Origin: Eledone cirrhosa
Taxonomy: Eukaryota
Assembly: GCA_964016885.1 (NCBI GenBank)
Contig: CAXHJY010001308.1
Coordinates: 1 to 64,000 of the forward strand
DNA: 64,000 nt
Direction of reading: 5' to 3'
The notes beneath the pieces were generated by a model that had not been told where the DNA came from, searched no databases, and saw only the letters and a list, made by a program, of their open reading frames with translations. This document shows positions 1 through 12,398 of this stretch, in pieces (the first letter of the stretch is position 1; each line of letters opens with the position of its first letter). Both the position numbers and the translations under genes were made by a program.

Positions 1-1150
1 AGAATTGTTTGGCTTCTCCAGTGGAGAGTTATTCTGTTGCCTTTCCAGATCTTTAAAAAAAAGTCTCTGGTTTACCCTAAATTGGATATTTTTATAGAAA
101 TGTAAGTTTCTTCTCTCATACTGCTTTATCTTTTCACTGCCAGTTTTGATTTTCTGTTCAAAAACTCTGATACATAATTACATCCATTTTCCTTTAACTT
201 ATATTTCCTATTCATCCTATCCTTCTCACAGTTACTGTAATTAAAATGTTCTCAGTGATATTCCTCCAATCACAATTTATCCTTTCCTCATTGTTCAAAG
301 TTATTCTGAATCCTCTATTTTCAATAAGGTTCCTTTTTGTTTTGTTTCTTTTGCCCTTCTTTTTCAGTTATCCCATCTTCTCTGCAGTTACATATATTTG
401 TTTGTTTCTGTAAACATTATTTGTCTGAATATATTTAATGACTATTCATTTTTCAAACCTCACTCATAAATCTTTCTAGTTACAAACCTTGAGTGAAGGT
501 AAATCATTTCTAATCTCATCCATTACTTCCCCTTACTTCCATATTCTTGTTGATTAAACCAAACTCGTCTTCACTTATGCCATCCACAGCTGTCACTTCA
601 GTATCTTCATTGCCAATTCTTTCTGGCTACTTGGTTTGTGGGATTTCTTGTCCCTCTCCAATGGTTTAGTTATCTGTCTCTGCTTCAGTATTTTGGTTTC
701 TTTGGAGTGAATTCTCTATTTCTTGAATTACAAACTTTTCCAACATGTCCTTCTTTAGACATTGCAAATGGTCCAATAATCTTTGTTATGCAATGTTTTT
801 GAACTGGATTTTTTTCTTTCCATAATGCATACATTCTTTTCCTGGTTCACTTTTCAGAAAACATTCATAAACAACTTTATTATTTGCTTTTGACATTTCA
901 TCTTTTCCTTCATTTTTTTCCCTTCTTTTGTTTTTGGCCAGTTTGATGTTCTCTTGCCCATTGTTTGGTCCATAGCTAGATGGAGTCAGACCAGGTACTT
1001 TAAGCCAGTTGGATGTGATACCTTCACCATCGAGGGTTCCAGTCCTATTCACACTTTCATATTTTAGTTAGATAATTTCACTCATCTGAGAAAGTGATTA
1101 TGAAGTTGCACAACTACCAGTGTTTTTATCGTGACCACTAGGTGCATTGT
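1..1150 (-). mobile_element. Decayed R4/Dong-like non-LTR retrotransposon, N-terminal ORF remnant
   Basis: Minus-strand frames give RKRMYALWKEKN, QRLLDHLQCL and QKIKTGSEKIKQYERRNLHFYKNIQFRVNQRLFFKDLE. These resemble the R4/Dong N-terminal RKRM..W, TEQRLADQ and RYK..NRLF..NQ..FY motifs. Many stops and frameshifts. Confidence 0.5.
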
Positions 1151-1945
1151 TGACTAAGACCAAGAGAGATTCCACCTACCCTCATCAGATCTCAACTTGG
1201 TACTTCAAATTATTATTATGTCTTTGAGTCTGTTGTTTTCATCTTGTTTCACTGAGTGAAAGCCATGTTCAAACAAGTAGGAGACGTCTAAGATATATTT
1301 AACTAATGTTCTTATATTAGCAGAGTGGATGGAGAAGAAAGAGAAATAGAGGATATGAATGATTAAAGGAAACAGTGCTTAATGTGGTCTTAGATTGAAA
1401 AATCATGTGATAGTTACCTTTGATCCTAGGCAATGAATTAACATCGGTTTAAATGCCTTGGTATTTATTTGATCCAGCTTACTAAGCTCTGAGTTCAAAT
1501 CTTACCAAGGTAAACTCCGTGATTCCTCCTTTCTGGGTCAATAAATAGTACCCAGAGGTGATGGATTGGCAGAATTGTTAAAGAGTCGAATGTGATGTAT
1601 TGTGATATCTATTCCAGCTCAGTGTATTTTGAGTTCAAATCCTGCCGCTTTCAACCAGGAGTTGTGACCAGACCAATGGAAACATTATTTCTTTGGTCCA
1701 ATCTGATCATTGGCTCATTTCCTAGAGTAAGGATCCGTTGAGTTAGTGCTGCTGATTTCTGGACAAACAACAGCAGCAACACCCTACCTGTACCCTTTTT
1801 AAGGAAAGAATCTAAAATACTGTGATTGTTGTTCATCTCTTTACTGAAATCCTCTCTAGAAGAGGAAGAATGATAGTTGCTATTTCATTTTTATGAATAT
1901 TCTGGGTGAAAAATTCTATAAAGATTAAAACCAGTTTCCATTTAC

Positions 1946-2112
1946 CTGCTCGCTTCCTTTACCCGTTTTTTTTCTTTCTCTTTGTTGGCCTTCTTCATTT
2001 GTATGACAGATGAGTCAGTTTTGGCTGACCGTGGACTGGACCCAATATTGAAGCCTGGGCCATCAATTTCTCCGACCAAAAGGAAGTTGTCTGCTAAAAT
2101 AGGGTGGCTGAC
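1946..2112 (-). CDS. KIF9: Kinesin-9 family KIF9, coding exon 13 (gene continues beyond window start)
   Basis: cag|GTC...AGC AG|gtaaat. Encodes VSHPILADNFLLVGEIDGPGFNIG..., resembling the KIF9 stalk motif LVGEPEGQNFGLG. Confidence 0.8.
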
Positions 2113-2499
2113 CTGGAACACAAAGAGAGTGGTGAGGTGTGGGTAATATATAAATATATATGCCAAGGAAAACAAAACAAAACACTTGTCTGTTTTACAG
2201 TGCTTCCACTGCTTACAACACTGAATTGTTTCAGATATCTTAGTCATGAGAATTTAGCTATAACAGTTTTATTATCTTTGCCCATGTTCACAGAATAGTG
2301 GTCGTCATAGAATTGAAGTGTGTGTGTGTATGTGTGTGTGTGTGCATATGTATGTATGTATAATATGTCAGGTCACTCTCAATCACTACTGTCAACATGT
2401 AACCTAGTACACTTTATTGCATCATCAGGTCGTCTGCAACTAAACCAGAAACTTGCTTGTGATGAAAAACAAAACCCATTAAAGGGCAGACAAACTCAG

Positions 2500-2845
2500 G
2501 ATATCCCTCTCACCACTTATACAATGTTATTGACACTACAGGATAATTGTCACAACAGAAACTGCTGTCACAAAATTCCAGACACAATTGCCATTTTACA
2601 ACATCCTTGTCACCATAAAGTACTAATTGTAAAGACATTCCAGACACAATCTTTCTGTCACAACATACATAACATATTCCATACCACAAAATCACAACGC
2701 ACACAAAATCTTTGGCACAACAAGCAAATTATCACATAACATTCCTGATGCAATTACCCTGTTACAACAGAGACAACTTCCATAGCACAAGTTACATATC
2801 ACTACAGTGATTTCAAACCCAATCTTGTCACAACATACTAGCAGT
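2500..2845. repeat. Degenerate minisatellite with recurring TTGTCACAACA-like core
   Basis: TGTCACAACA / TCCAGACACAAT variants recur at irregular spacing. Confidence 0.45.
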
Positions 2846-2901
2846 CACAGCACATTCATGAATGATACCATCTTATTATGAAATAAAAGACTAAACATTA
2901 C

Positions 2902-2980
2902 GTCGTGTGCTACAGTTTCTGCACTTTCTAATACTTTGTAGCGTTGTTTTACATTTTCTTCGATATTCTTCTCAAGATTA
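2902..2980 (-). CDS. KIF9: KIF9 coding exon 12
   Basis: tttttag|T AAT CTT GAG...CAC GAC|gtaatg. Encodes NLEKNIEENVKQRYKVLESAETVAHD; phase matches both neighbours. Confidence 0.8.
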
Positions 2981-3299
2981 CTAAAAAGAAAAGCAAATAG
3001 ACAAATAAATATGTGTGTATGTGTATCTGAAAGAATATGAGAGATTGTGTGTGTATGTTTGAGAGTGATGATTTCATACAAATGAAACAATTCTAGTCTT
3101 GTAGAAGTCATTTCTATATATAATAAAGATACCTATACTCTACCAATGTATTGAGTACTTTTTTTAAATTGTGGTTTCTCCCGACACAATTCAGAAATCG
3201 AATATATACAAAATTTGTCGGACGGTTAAACTAATGAGTAGATTTAGTTATTCCAATTAATAGACAAAGGAAGGCTGTATGACACCTGTATGCGGTGTG

Positions 3300-3518
3300 C
3301 GATGCTGCATGGTAGTAAGAAGTAGCAATAGAGGATGACCAAGAAAACCTTGGGCAGAGGTTGTGAGAGCGGACCTCAAATTACTAAGACTGGCAGAGGA
3401 TATGATGAAGGAATGCAACAAGAGGAGAGATGCTGTGCTGAGAAGAACCCGTCCAACCCATGCAAGCATGGAAAAGCAGACATAAAAACAATGATGATAA
3501 TAATGATGAGGATGAAAT
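3300..3518 (+). mobile_element. RTE-clade LINE 3' fragment
   Basis: Decayed G.PRKTW.EVV coding end, CCAACCCATGCAAGCATGGAAAA 3' motif and (ATG)n tail; homologous to 22866-23285. Confidence 0.65.
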
Positions 3519-3761
3519 AAGCAAAAGCACTCAACGTTATACATATTAACCATCAAAGATGTGGTATCTCGTGGTGGGTGCAGCAATAGAGTTAAATACT
3601 TCAATGAAAACAGAAGGACGGATTCCAATATATTCCTTTAGTGTTGCAAAATTAGACAATACATATTTCTATGGTTGAATTACATAATTGTAATTGTTAA
3701 AGTGTCAATATTCTCTATGTGTACATATTTGTATGTTCATATATTTTCTGTGTGTAACTAT

Positions 3762-4512
3762 ATAATAATAATAATGAAATATTGCGTACAGTGCTCAGGT
3801 GCACTACAACTCATCAAAAAGTGTATGTATAGTACATAAGGTAATGTACAAACGTCAGGAAAATGAGTCAGTGCATGAGTCATGATGTGTGCATGTGTAT
3901 GGAAGGGGTACATCAGGTGTAGTTTTGGTGTATTTCGGGAAGCATGAGGGTTTTAAAGGATGCAGTGTCTCAGCAGCTAACAACTGATGCAGGCAGTTTG
4001 TTCCATGCTTCAGCAACTCTGAGCGTGAAAAAATGTTTATGAAAGTCATGGGAGCTGTGCTGTTTTCTGATTTTGTAGGCATGTCCACGTGTGTTAGACA
4101 CATGGAGATCAAAAAGGTGCTCAGGGTTGTTGTTGGCGAGATGGTTAATAACTTTGTGGGTGTTTACCAAGTCCATTGCCAGACATCGGAGCTTCAATGA
4201 ATCCATGCCTAGTGAAGGAAGGCGTTCAGAGTATGGTAGGTGTCTGATGGAGGGTATGCGCTTGGTTGCACGTATCTGAACAGTTTCCAGGAGGTCAATG
4301 TTCTGAGCAAGATAGGGTTTCCAGACTGATGATGCGAATTCCAAGTGTGGTCGTACCATAGCTGTATACAGCTTTAAACAGATGGCTGGAGAGCAGCTAA
4401 CAAAGGTCTTGCTGAGTGATGCTAAGACACCCTCGGCCTTCTTGGCAATCTTAGAGACATGCTTTGTCCAACGCAAATCGCTGCTGACAGTAATGCCCAG
4501 GTCACATTCACA
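3762..4512 (-). mobile_element. CR1-clade LINE, 5'-truncated 3' copy
   Basis: ORF 3970-4476 (LYTAMVRPHLEFASSVW, TRGHAYK, FFTLRVAEAWNKLP) with (ATT)n tail. Nearly identical to the 3' end of 17390-19777. Confidence 0.9.
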
Positions 4513-4949
4513 ATTGTTCTAGTGATAAAATGTGTGTATATAAAATGTAATGCCCAGGTCACGTTCATTGTTCTAGTGATAAAATGTGTGTATATATATC
4601 TGTATGTATATAGATTTCATGTTTAGTCAATATAGAGGTGGGATGCAGTATTGTTAATGGTGTATGCATTATTTCTGTGTATATTATTATGTAGCTTATT
4701 GCATTTAACTGTATTTGAGTGTAGTTTGATGTGTACATATATATGCTTAAGACCAGTTTGTGGACTAAGGCGGTTGTAAGATAGTGGTATTTTGTGTATC
4801 TGAGCTTGTATTCTTCCATGTTGAGAGGAGGTGGAATCGCATGAAACATTTAAATTTTGTATTTAGGTATTTCTTAGAAGACTTCAGACCCTGCAATATT
4901 CTAAACTTTTCAGTTAAGCCTAGTGAACACCTCTTTATTTATTTCCTAT

Positions 4950-5085
4950 AAGGGCATGATTTATCACATCATTCAAACATCAGGAAATGAGCATGACCAT
5001 AGCACTGGTAAGTTGTGCATGGGACCTGAAGGATATAGGGATCCCATATACAATTAAGTGGAATATTCTGGAAGAATTACATGCA
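4950..5085 (+). mobile_element. Penelope-like GIY-YIG endonuclease remnant
   Basis: SFKHQEMSMTIALVSCAWDLKDIGIPYTIKWNILEE resembles the SF.H...T.LS..IW.LK...IKW.IL segment also seen at 60144-60524. Confidence 0.4.
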
Positions 5086-5224
5086 ACCTGATCTTGTGGC
5101 GATGCCTGAATCTTTGATGTTTTCATCTATGGAGTGTCTGTGAATCATCCTGAGCCTGAATTCTGCCATCTTGAACTCTTACACCACTGGCAATAAAGTA
5201 GCCCAGACCTAGTCTATAGCCCTA

Positions 5225-5492
5225 GAAAGTTCCCTTCCTAGGCACAACTGCAGGCAAAGTTGTTTGTAGAATACCAGCAGTTGCCTATGTATACCTGTCT
5301 CCATGCTACCAATGTTAGTCAAGGGAAAGGCAAAGGCCGATACAGCTTGATGCCAGGGCTGTTGCAATTTATTTCTACAACTGAGTGAACTGGAATACCG
5401 TGAAATAAACTATTTTGCTGAAGAACTCAATGCATCACCCAGTCTCGGAATTGCAAGCCCAATGCTCTAATCACTAAGCCATATGCCTTCAC
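5225..5492 (-). mobile_element. tRNA-derived SINE (family B)
   Basis: Reverse complement of the 20423-20735 element (GGCTTAGTGATTAGAGC head). Confidence 0.7.
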
Positions 5493-5642
5493 TACTACTG
5501 ATGTAAAACTTGGTAGAATTTTTAGTCACATGCTGCGGTATCTGTTCATTTGCTTCTCAACTCCCATCACAGATGTCAAAGGTGCCTTATAGACTTCAGT
5601 AACCATATGAATATGGGTAGCACCCCATGCTGGAATTGTCAT

Positions 5643-5830
5643 GCCTTAAACTTTCTTGGTGAGCCTGATCTATTTTTCTCAACCAATCATCTGCTTCTTT
5701 TATCATTCTGGATATACTGCTTCATAACATTTCCTACCACTTTCAGGCCTTAAACTTTCTTGGTAAGCCCGAGTCTTCTATTTTTCACAACCAATCATCT
5801 GCTTATTACGCTGTCATGGATATGCTGCTT
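5643..5830. repeat. About 100-bp tandem duplication
   Basis: GCCTTAAACTTTCTTGGT...CAACCAATCATCTGCTT occurs twice, about 105 bp apart. Confidence 0.7.
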
Positions 5831-6803
5831 TTCCAGTAAGAGAGGCATCATATCACTTCATTTTATAGGACTATCCTCAATAGCTGACATAAGAAGCTTC
5901 CCCTAGACGTGGAGCAAGAACTTGCAAATCACTTTCTCATTTCTGATCAGAATGATTCTTGATTTCTTTTGATTTGAACTTTATTCTTGTCCATGTTGCC
6001 ACATCGCCAAGTGCCTTCAGGATCAATTTTAAGGGTAACTGAAAAACTGGGAAGGAATTCAGAAAACTTTAAATGCAGATCATCGAAGTAACTGAGTAGA
6101 GATGGCAGAACCAGAAAGAGTGATGTATCAAATGAGATGATATGTAATGAGATGGTAAGCAGGTTCCTGGTTTTGTAGCAACAGAAGTGTTTAATGCACA
6201 AAACAGTTCATTGACCAGCCAAATGTTGTGACATATTTGAACACCTGATTGATTGTCAGTTAGCTTTTATTTGAAAGCAGACTAGGATGAAAGTGTGTAG
6301 ACATAGCCTCACTATGTGAGCAGTTCTGTGATGTGGTTGACACTACTTTATACATGCCTGTACATGGGTTTATGTTACAGTTAAGGCATCCATGAAGCCT
6401 CTAAGTAGTGGTTGGCAGGTACCAAACTCCATTATCAGCCTCCACCAGCCCTGAATTATAACTATTTATAACTATAATTATAACTGCTGGGAAAGAATGA
6501 AATTTGAAAATGTGAGGGTCCCAAAAGCAGAAAATAACTGTAATAACAGTCAACTACTATAGATAATAGTTGAGAAAATTGGTCAAATTTCCCATAGAGA
6601 TGGTGCTTCTGTTCACTTTTTTCCATCTCTAATTTACCGAATTTTCTCAATTATTATTTATAATGGGTGACTGTTATTGCAATTATTTTCTTCACTTGGG
6701 ACTCTCACATTTTAGAATTACAAAGTATTTTATTAAAACTACGATGATGAAACGGTTAAACATGAAACAAAACAATAAAAGTGTTAATATTTTGCTAACT
6801 TAC

Positions 6804-6859
6804 TTGTACATCTCTCGAAACATATCAAATAAAGTTTGAATTTGCGAAACATTTATTAT
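6804..6859 (-). CDS. KIF9: KIF9 coding exon 11
   Basis: tttcag|ATA ATA AAT...TAC AA|gtaagt. Encodes IINVSQIQTLFDMFREMY (cf. KIF9 IISLRQIKEVF). Confidence 0.85.
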
Positions 6860-7311
6860 CTGAAACAAACAAACAAAATAAATGTTTAATGGAGAAAAAC
6901 ATGATTTATATATTTCACACAGGTTAGAGATGACTCTTCAGTCCTGTCAGACAACCTCTCTAATGTTGGTGGTAAGATAAAATGCATCCTGTTCACACTG
7001 TAAAATGGTTGATGATAGCCAAAAATCATGGATATCCTATGGAACAATAGTGTTTTTAAAAGTAATATTCCAACAAATAAGTAGAAATATTAGTTTTAAC
7101 ATTTATTGCTACATTGCTGTAGTCCTCTAAAAAAACAAACTATTTTCTACACTTTACACAATGCTTCAAGCAAACTACAAATCACTCTTCCAACGTATAA
7201 CATTTGAGGGAGGCTGTATGGAAAAAATCCATCCATGCAAGCATGGAAAAATGGCTGTAAAGATGATGATGATGATTCCGGAGAGGTGGTTTAGTGAATC
7301 ATGAGTTTGAA

Positions 7312-7430
7312 TTGACTCATACACTGTTCACTTTCCTGACATTTGTACATCATTCTATGTACTATATGCGCACCTTTGAATGAGTTGTAGTGTACTTGAG
7401 CACTGTACACAATAATTTTCATTATTATTA
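7312..7430 (+). mobile_element. CR1 LINE 3' UTR fragment
   Basis: Reverse complement of the CR1 3' UTR at 17400-17520, ending in (ATT)n. Confidence 0.75.
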
Positions 7431-7442
7431 TAAATACATAAA

Positions 7443-7632
7443 GGGCGGTAAATTGGCAGTATCGGTAGAGGGTTGGACGTCATGATTTCTAGCATAGTTA
7501 CGTCCCTTTACGGTCTGAGTTCAAATCCTGTCGAGGTTAACTTTGCCTTTCATCCTTACGGGGTCGATAAAATAAAGTACCAGTAATGTACTGGGTAATT
7601 GCTGGCCTTGTGCCAAAAGTAGAAACAATTAT
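7443..7632 (+). mobile_element. tRNA-derived SINE (family A)
   Basis: GGCGGTAAATTGGCAG head, B-box-like GAGTTCAAATCC, conserved GCCTTTCATCCTTACGGGGTCGATAAAATAAAGTACCAG core. More than 10 copies in the window. Confidence 0.85.
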
Positions 7633-8642
7633 TATAAATATATAAAATTCACTTCTAGTATTTTGCTGTGTTTGAGAGGCAAGATACTATTCTATATGGC
7701 TTCAGTTCACCTAGCAGTCATTATTATGGTTTAACATCTGCTTTTTCTGCTAGCAAGGGTTGTCAACAGATTAGATTGGTACTCAAGTGAAGCTACTGAC
7801 CCCTCAGACGGGCTGGGGGTCTGTATCTCACATATATTGCCACTTTACTGAGTGTTAAGATAGGCCCGCTGTCAGTAATTCACTTACATAATCTTGTGCA
7901 TTTCATCATGCATCCAGCATTAGGGAGATTGTCATGTTTTAGACACAGCTGAAGAATCTTTCTAAACCTTTGTTTGACAAGTGGCTTATCACCGTCCACT
8001 TTGAAGAGTGTACTGGTTGCAGCGTTTATTATGTGTATTGCCAACATTAGGGCAGTTGTCATGTCTTTAACACAGCTGTATATGCATCTATGCATGTAAA
8101 TACAACCATATAATAAAATACAGTGCCAGTCATGTACTGGAGTCAATTATATATTGCAATGGTGTCCTAGATGTGAATGGAACTATAATAGACGTCAGTA
8201 GTGTAGTGCTAGTGCCATAATCAAATGCACCCAGCCTATCCTGTAAGGGGGTTGATATTAGGAAGGGCATCCTGCTGTAGAAACCATGTTAAATATGGAA
8301 CATACGAGAAAGACGAGGTTGCTTAGAGGTATCTGTTCATGTACTGTGACAACACGTTTAACAGTGTGAAAAGCAGATATAAAATGATGATAATGATCAT
8401 GATCATGCAAGACAATCCTGAGCTTGATCTGTCAGCCAGATGAAGCAACCAAGCTTCGAAGTCACTGCCATTTTTCTACTGGCAATTGAATATATCAAAC
8501 TCTACTATTGACTAATTGTTCTCAACACATACCATAACCAGTTTTACTTATATCATCATCACCACTATGTGTGTCTGTGTTGGTATAGGTTGATTGAACA
8601 GTTTTATTTATAACTTTAAGCTAAGAAATCAAAGTTCTTTAC

Positions 8643-8747
8643 CTCTAGTTCATCCAGTGAACCTTGGAGGAATCTTTCAAGTTGTCTTTTCAAATCAAGT
8701 TTTTGTTGATATGATAATGGTTCATAGTTGATCTGAGTTCTGTTTGC
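8643..8747 (-). CDS. KIF9: KIF9 coding exon 10
   Basis: ctacag|GCA AAC AGA...CTA GAG|gtaaag. Encodes ANRTQINYEPLSYQQKLDLKRQLERFLQGSLDELE (cf. TNRTFVTYDP...RRYLEGTLDEI). Confidence 0.9.
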
Positions 8748-9248
8748 CTGTAGAAAGAAAAAAAATTATGTAAAGAACAATTATGGTGGAAGGCTTAAAA
8801 AAATATTCATATATATATTATTTGTATATTTAAAAATATCCATCCAACCTATACAAGCGTAGAAAAATGAACATAAAAACGACGATGATGATGATGATCT
8901 GTCTGTAACTCTTTACAATTCACATACACAATGCATTTCCTATCTCAATCAGGTTGCTACAATAAAATATTCACTTTCTAAATACAAGGTCCTAGGTTAT
9001 AACTCAACATTTCTCTCTGTAAATAGTTATTTCTCCAAAGTTACTCATACATTTAATCCTGTATGTCATATGTACATACATGCTGAACATTTATGTAATT
9101 ATATCTTCAAAATAAATTATTAAAATATCATTCTTATCTTTGATTACTTCCAAATGTCAGTAATCAGCAAATACTATAAATCAATAATTTATCAAAACAC
9201 AAATTTCCCAGTTTGCATGATTGTTCATATATCACAGCATTAAACACT

Positions 9249-9433
9249 GGATTGGCAGTATCGGTAGAGAGTCGGACGCCATGCTTTGACGCATAGAGTT
9301 ACGGCCCTTGCCATTCTGAGTTCAAATCCCACCGAGGTTAACTTTTCCTTTTATCCTTACGGGGTCGATAAAATAAAGTACCAGTAATGCACTGGGTAAT
9401 TTCTGGCCTTGTGCCAAAAGTAGAAACAATTAT
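9249..9433 (+). mobile_element. tRNA-derived SINE (family A)
   Basis: Near-identical to 7443-7632. Confidence 0.85.
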
Positions 9434-10361
9434 TTCCAGCACTGGACCACTAGTTAGTATATAACTGATACCTTAATATGTCATGATATTATTAAGAAAC
9501 AATTATTAATACAATGATTTATATTTTCCAATAAATGATCAAGTAATTTGCTGTAAACACCACTAATTTCTTCTGGGTTCAATATCTAAAATATTGTCCT
9601 TAAGCAAATCAGATAACTCATTGTTTTTAGCCTACACAGTTTTTTAATTAATGCCTTTGATACCAAAACCACTTCTAGTTCTATGATACAAAACCATTTG
9701 TTAAAGTCTTCATTTTTAAATTAAAAGAAAGAAAAGAGTCAATTGTCAGATCTGGCCAAGGGAACAATATTTCCAGTGGTCTTTCCATTGCTGATTCTAT
9801 TTGCTGGTCATAACTCGTCACAGAAGGAGCAATGTGAAATAAAGTATTTTGCTCAATGCAACATCCTGTCTAGAAATCAAACAAATACACAACCTTATAA
9901 TCCTGAGTTTAACACCCTAGCCACTAGGCCATCATAATTCCATGTAAGAAGCCCTTGTTAAATTATGTTCCAAATTTAATATACCATTTAATGAAAAAGT
10001 TAAATATTTTACTAGATCCCTCCACATCGTTAACTATTTTCAAAATTAATTGAAACATGGGATGATTTATTTTAGAAACATAGCCACAAAAGTTATTTAG
10101 AAGTTATTTAGAAGAAACTCATTATGTTATATATGATGATGATGATGATTGATATTGTATTAATCTAGACAACTCTTCCTGCAACAACAGCACTGAGGGA
10201 TAAAAATACAACAGTAATGTTTGCTTTAACTTTCATGGTATAGGTTGTATGAGTAGTAGACTTAAAATACTGTCCAATTTAACAGAGCACTTCATTTTGG
10301 GGAACTTTTAGTTGTGGTCAATATTTGATTTAATAAAAATACAAGCTCATATTGATGGGTC

Positions 10362-10392
<31 letters not shown>

Positions 10393-10830
10393 ATAGAAGG
10401 CTTATCCAAGGTGCCATATAATGGGATTGAATCCTAAACTTGTAGTTGTGAAGTGCAAACATCTTAAACATACAACTATGCTTACACTCATATGAACTAT
10501 ATGAGTGTAGATATTAAACTGATGATGATGATAGTGAAGAAGAGGATGATGACAATGATATTGTGAAGTCATAATAATGATATAATGCTAATGATGATAA
10601 ATCTGTAAAAACTTACAAATGCATCATTCAAGGAGCAGAGGGTGATGGTGATGGTGATGGCGATAGTGATGGTGGTGATGATGATGATGGTGACGATGGT
10701 AATGATGGTGCAATGATGATGGTGATGGTGGTAGCCATGATGGTGATGATGATGATGATTAAGATCATGATGGTTGTGTTGGTGGTGATGATGATACTAT
10801 GAAGCCATATAATGCCAATGTAAAACTTAC

Positions 10831-10899
10831 AAGTGTATCATGCATAGCAAGTTCCACCTTCAGCTTAGAAATTTCTTGTTTCATCTTCTTCACCAAAAC
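10831..10899 (-). CDS. KIF9: KIF9 coding exon 9 (neck coiled coil)
   Basis: tttag|GTT TTG...ACA CTT|gtaagt. Encodes VLVKKMKQEISKLKVELAMHDTL (cf. MVKNLEKELALLKQELAIHDSL). Confidence 0.9.
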
Positions 10900-11855
10900 C
10901 TAAAGTAAACAGCAGATCATTCATTTGAAATTTTGGAGTTGTACTTGACTGGCAAGTGACTTGATCTGAGACCATGTCATCAACAAAATATCTTAGATTA
11001 TATTACTGCTGCTTATTTTACAAACCCTATACACCTATTATAACATAAAGATAACACACCCATTTCTGTCTACTATATGTATATCATGCTTCAGTTTAGC
11101 CAATGACAAAGGTCTGTTTTGCTGTTGATGCTTGGCCTCAGGTCACTTTAGTCAAACAGACCTATGATCAAAGAAATTAAAGCTGAGATCTGTCTGTCAG
11201 AGTTTTTTTTAGACATAATGTATCTAACACATTATCCAATGTATTTTGATAATGTCTTCTTTGTTAGAAAAAGATAGAGGTTCACGGAAAAGAAATGATT
11301 CTATATTGGCACCAACAGAAAAGAAAAGAGGTCTTCATTTTATCATTTTCTGCAGTGGCTTCATTATAAAAGAAGTATAGAAACTGGATTAAGATTTAAC
11401 CACATGAATCCTTTCTGTTGTAACAGCTGAGTCAACATTGAATGTATAGTTCTCCCACTACCTCACACACACACAGACATGCACATATGCACAAACAAAC
11501 ACATTTTAAAATGCAATGTTTGTAAAATAGCCAAATACACACAAGCAGTGATATAGCTTTGTGTGAATTGAAATATCCCAGGTCAGTGGTATGCAGATTA
11601 GGGAGAGATCCTTCTTCACATAATGTGCAGATTAAGATGGGATAGAGCATATTAGCCAAGTAAGAAGTAAGGGTAACTCACCATTAACTGCAACAAAATT
11701 TATTTCCTCACTAATGAATACAGAATGACCTACAGTATCACATATTAAAATTCCCCCTAAAATCCAAGGAGTGGAAGATCACCAAATTGATTCAATTCCA
11801 AGAGTATATAAACTGCCAAGTTTTATACATTTTGGGCACTTGTGTTTCATAGATA

Positions 11856-12339
11856 TGTACAGCCACCGGAAATAACATCTGTGAAATATACAGCTCCATC
11901 TATCTGTTAGCTAGCTACCTCACTGTGAAACAAACAACCCTTAGAATCCACCAGAATAAACGCCTACGCAGCGACTAAACCTCAAACGATTATTTCTGTA
12001 TAAATAGAGTGATTCCAAACACTTTCGTCAGTTGACATTTGGCAGAGTCAACCCGCGTATCGTTGTTCCTCGCCTCTGCCACGCTTGTCACTCACACACG
12101 CCTTGTACCTTGTATCATCGCTTCATGTGAAAATAAATAGCTGATCGAAACTACATCTCTCGCCTTGCTTCGTCCTTTCAACTTGTGCTTTCGTCTGTTC
12201 ATCCTTACCGTATGTGACAACAGTTCTTTTAAGGGCTATCTTCAGATACGATCAGACCAAATGCGATAACAGTCCTTTTAAGGACTATTCTCGGATCTGA
12301 TTGGAAGTAGTGACCAGACTGACTAACCACGTCGCTACA
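11856..12339 (+). repeat. 5' LTR (484 bp)
   Basis: TGTACAGCC...GTCGCTACA; about 11 differences from the 3' LTR counted by eye. Confidence 0.95.
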
Positions 12340-12341
12340 AT

Positions 12342-12373
12342 TGGTGACCCCGACGTGATTCGAACGCGCAACC
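12342..12373 (+). promoter_or_regulatory. Primer-binding site complementary to tRNA-Trp 3' end (extended, 32 nt)
   Basis: TGGTGACCCCGACGTGATTCGAACGCGCAACC starts 2 nt after the LTR and is the reverse complement of metazoan tRNA-Trp ...GGTTGCGTGTTCRAATCACGTCGGGGTCA-CCA. Confidence 0.9.
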
Positions 12374-12398
12374 AGACAGCACCTGAGAAGATACCAAC

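Noticed and set aside
786-1052. Further KIF9 exon
   Set aside because: No KIF9 similarity; other frames match an R4-like LINE.
7443-7632. tRNA genes at GAGTTCAAATCC motifs
   Set aside because: These are SINE heads with no complete cloverleaf.
12342-12373. tRNA-Trp gene on the minus strand
   Set aside because: Only the 3' 32 nt including the CCA complement, positioned right after an LTR; it is a PBS.
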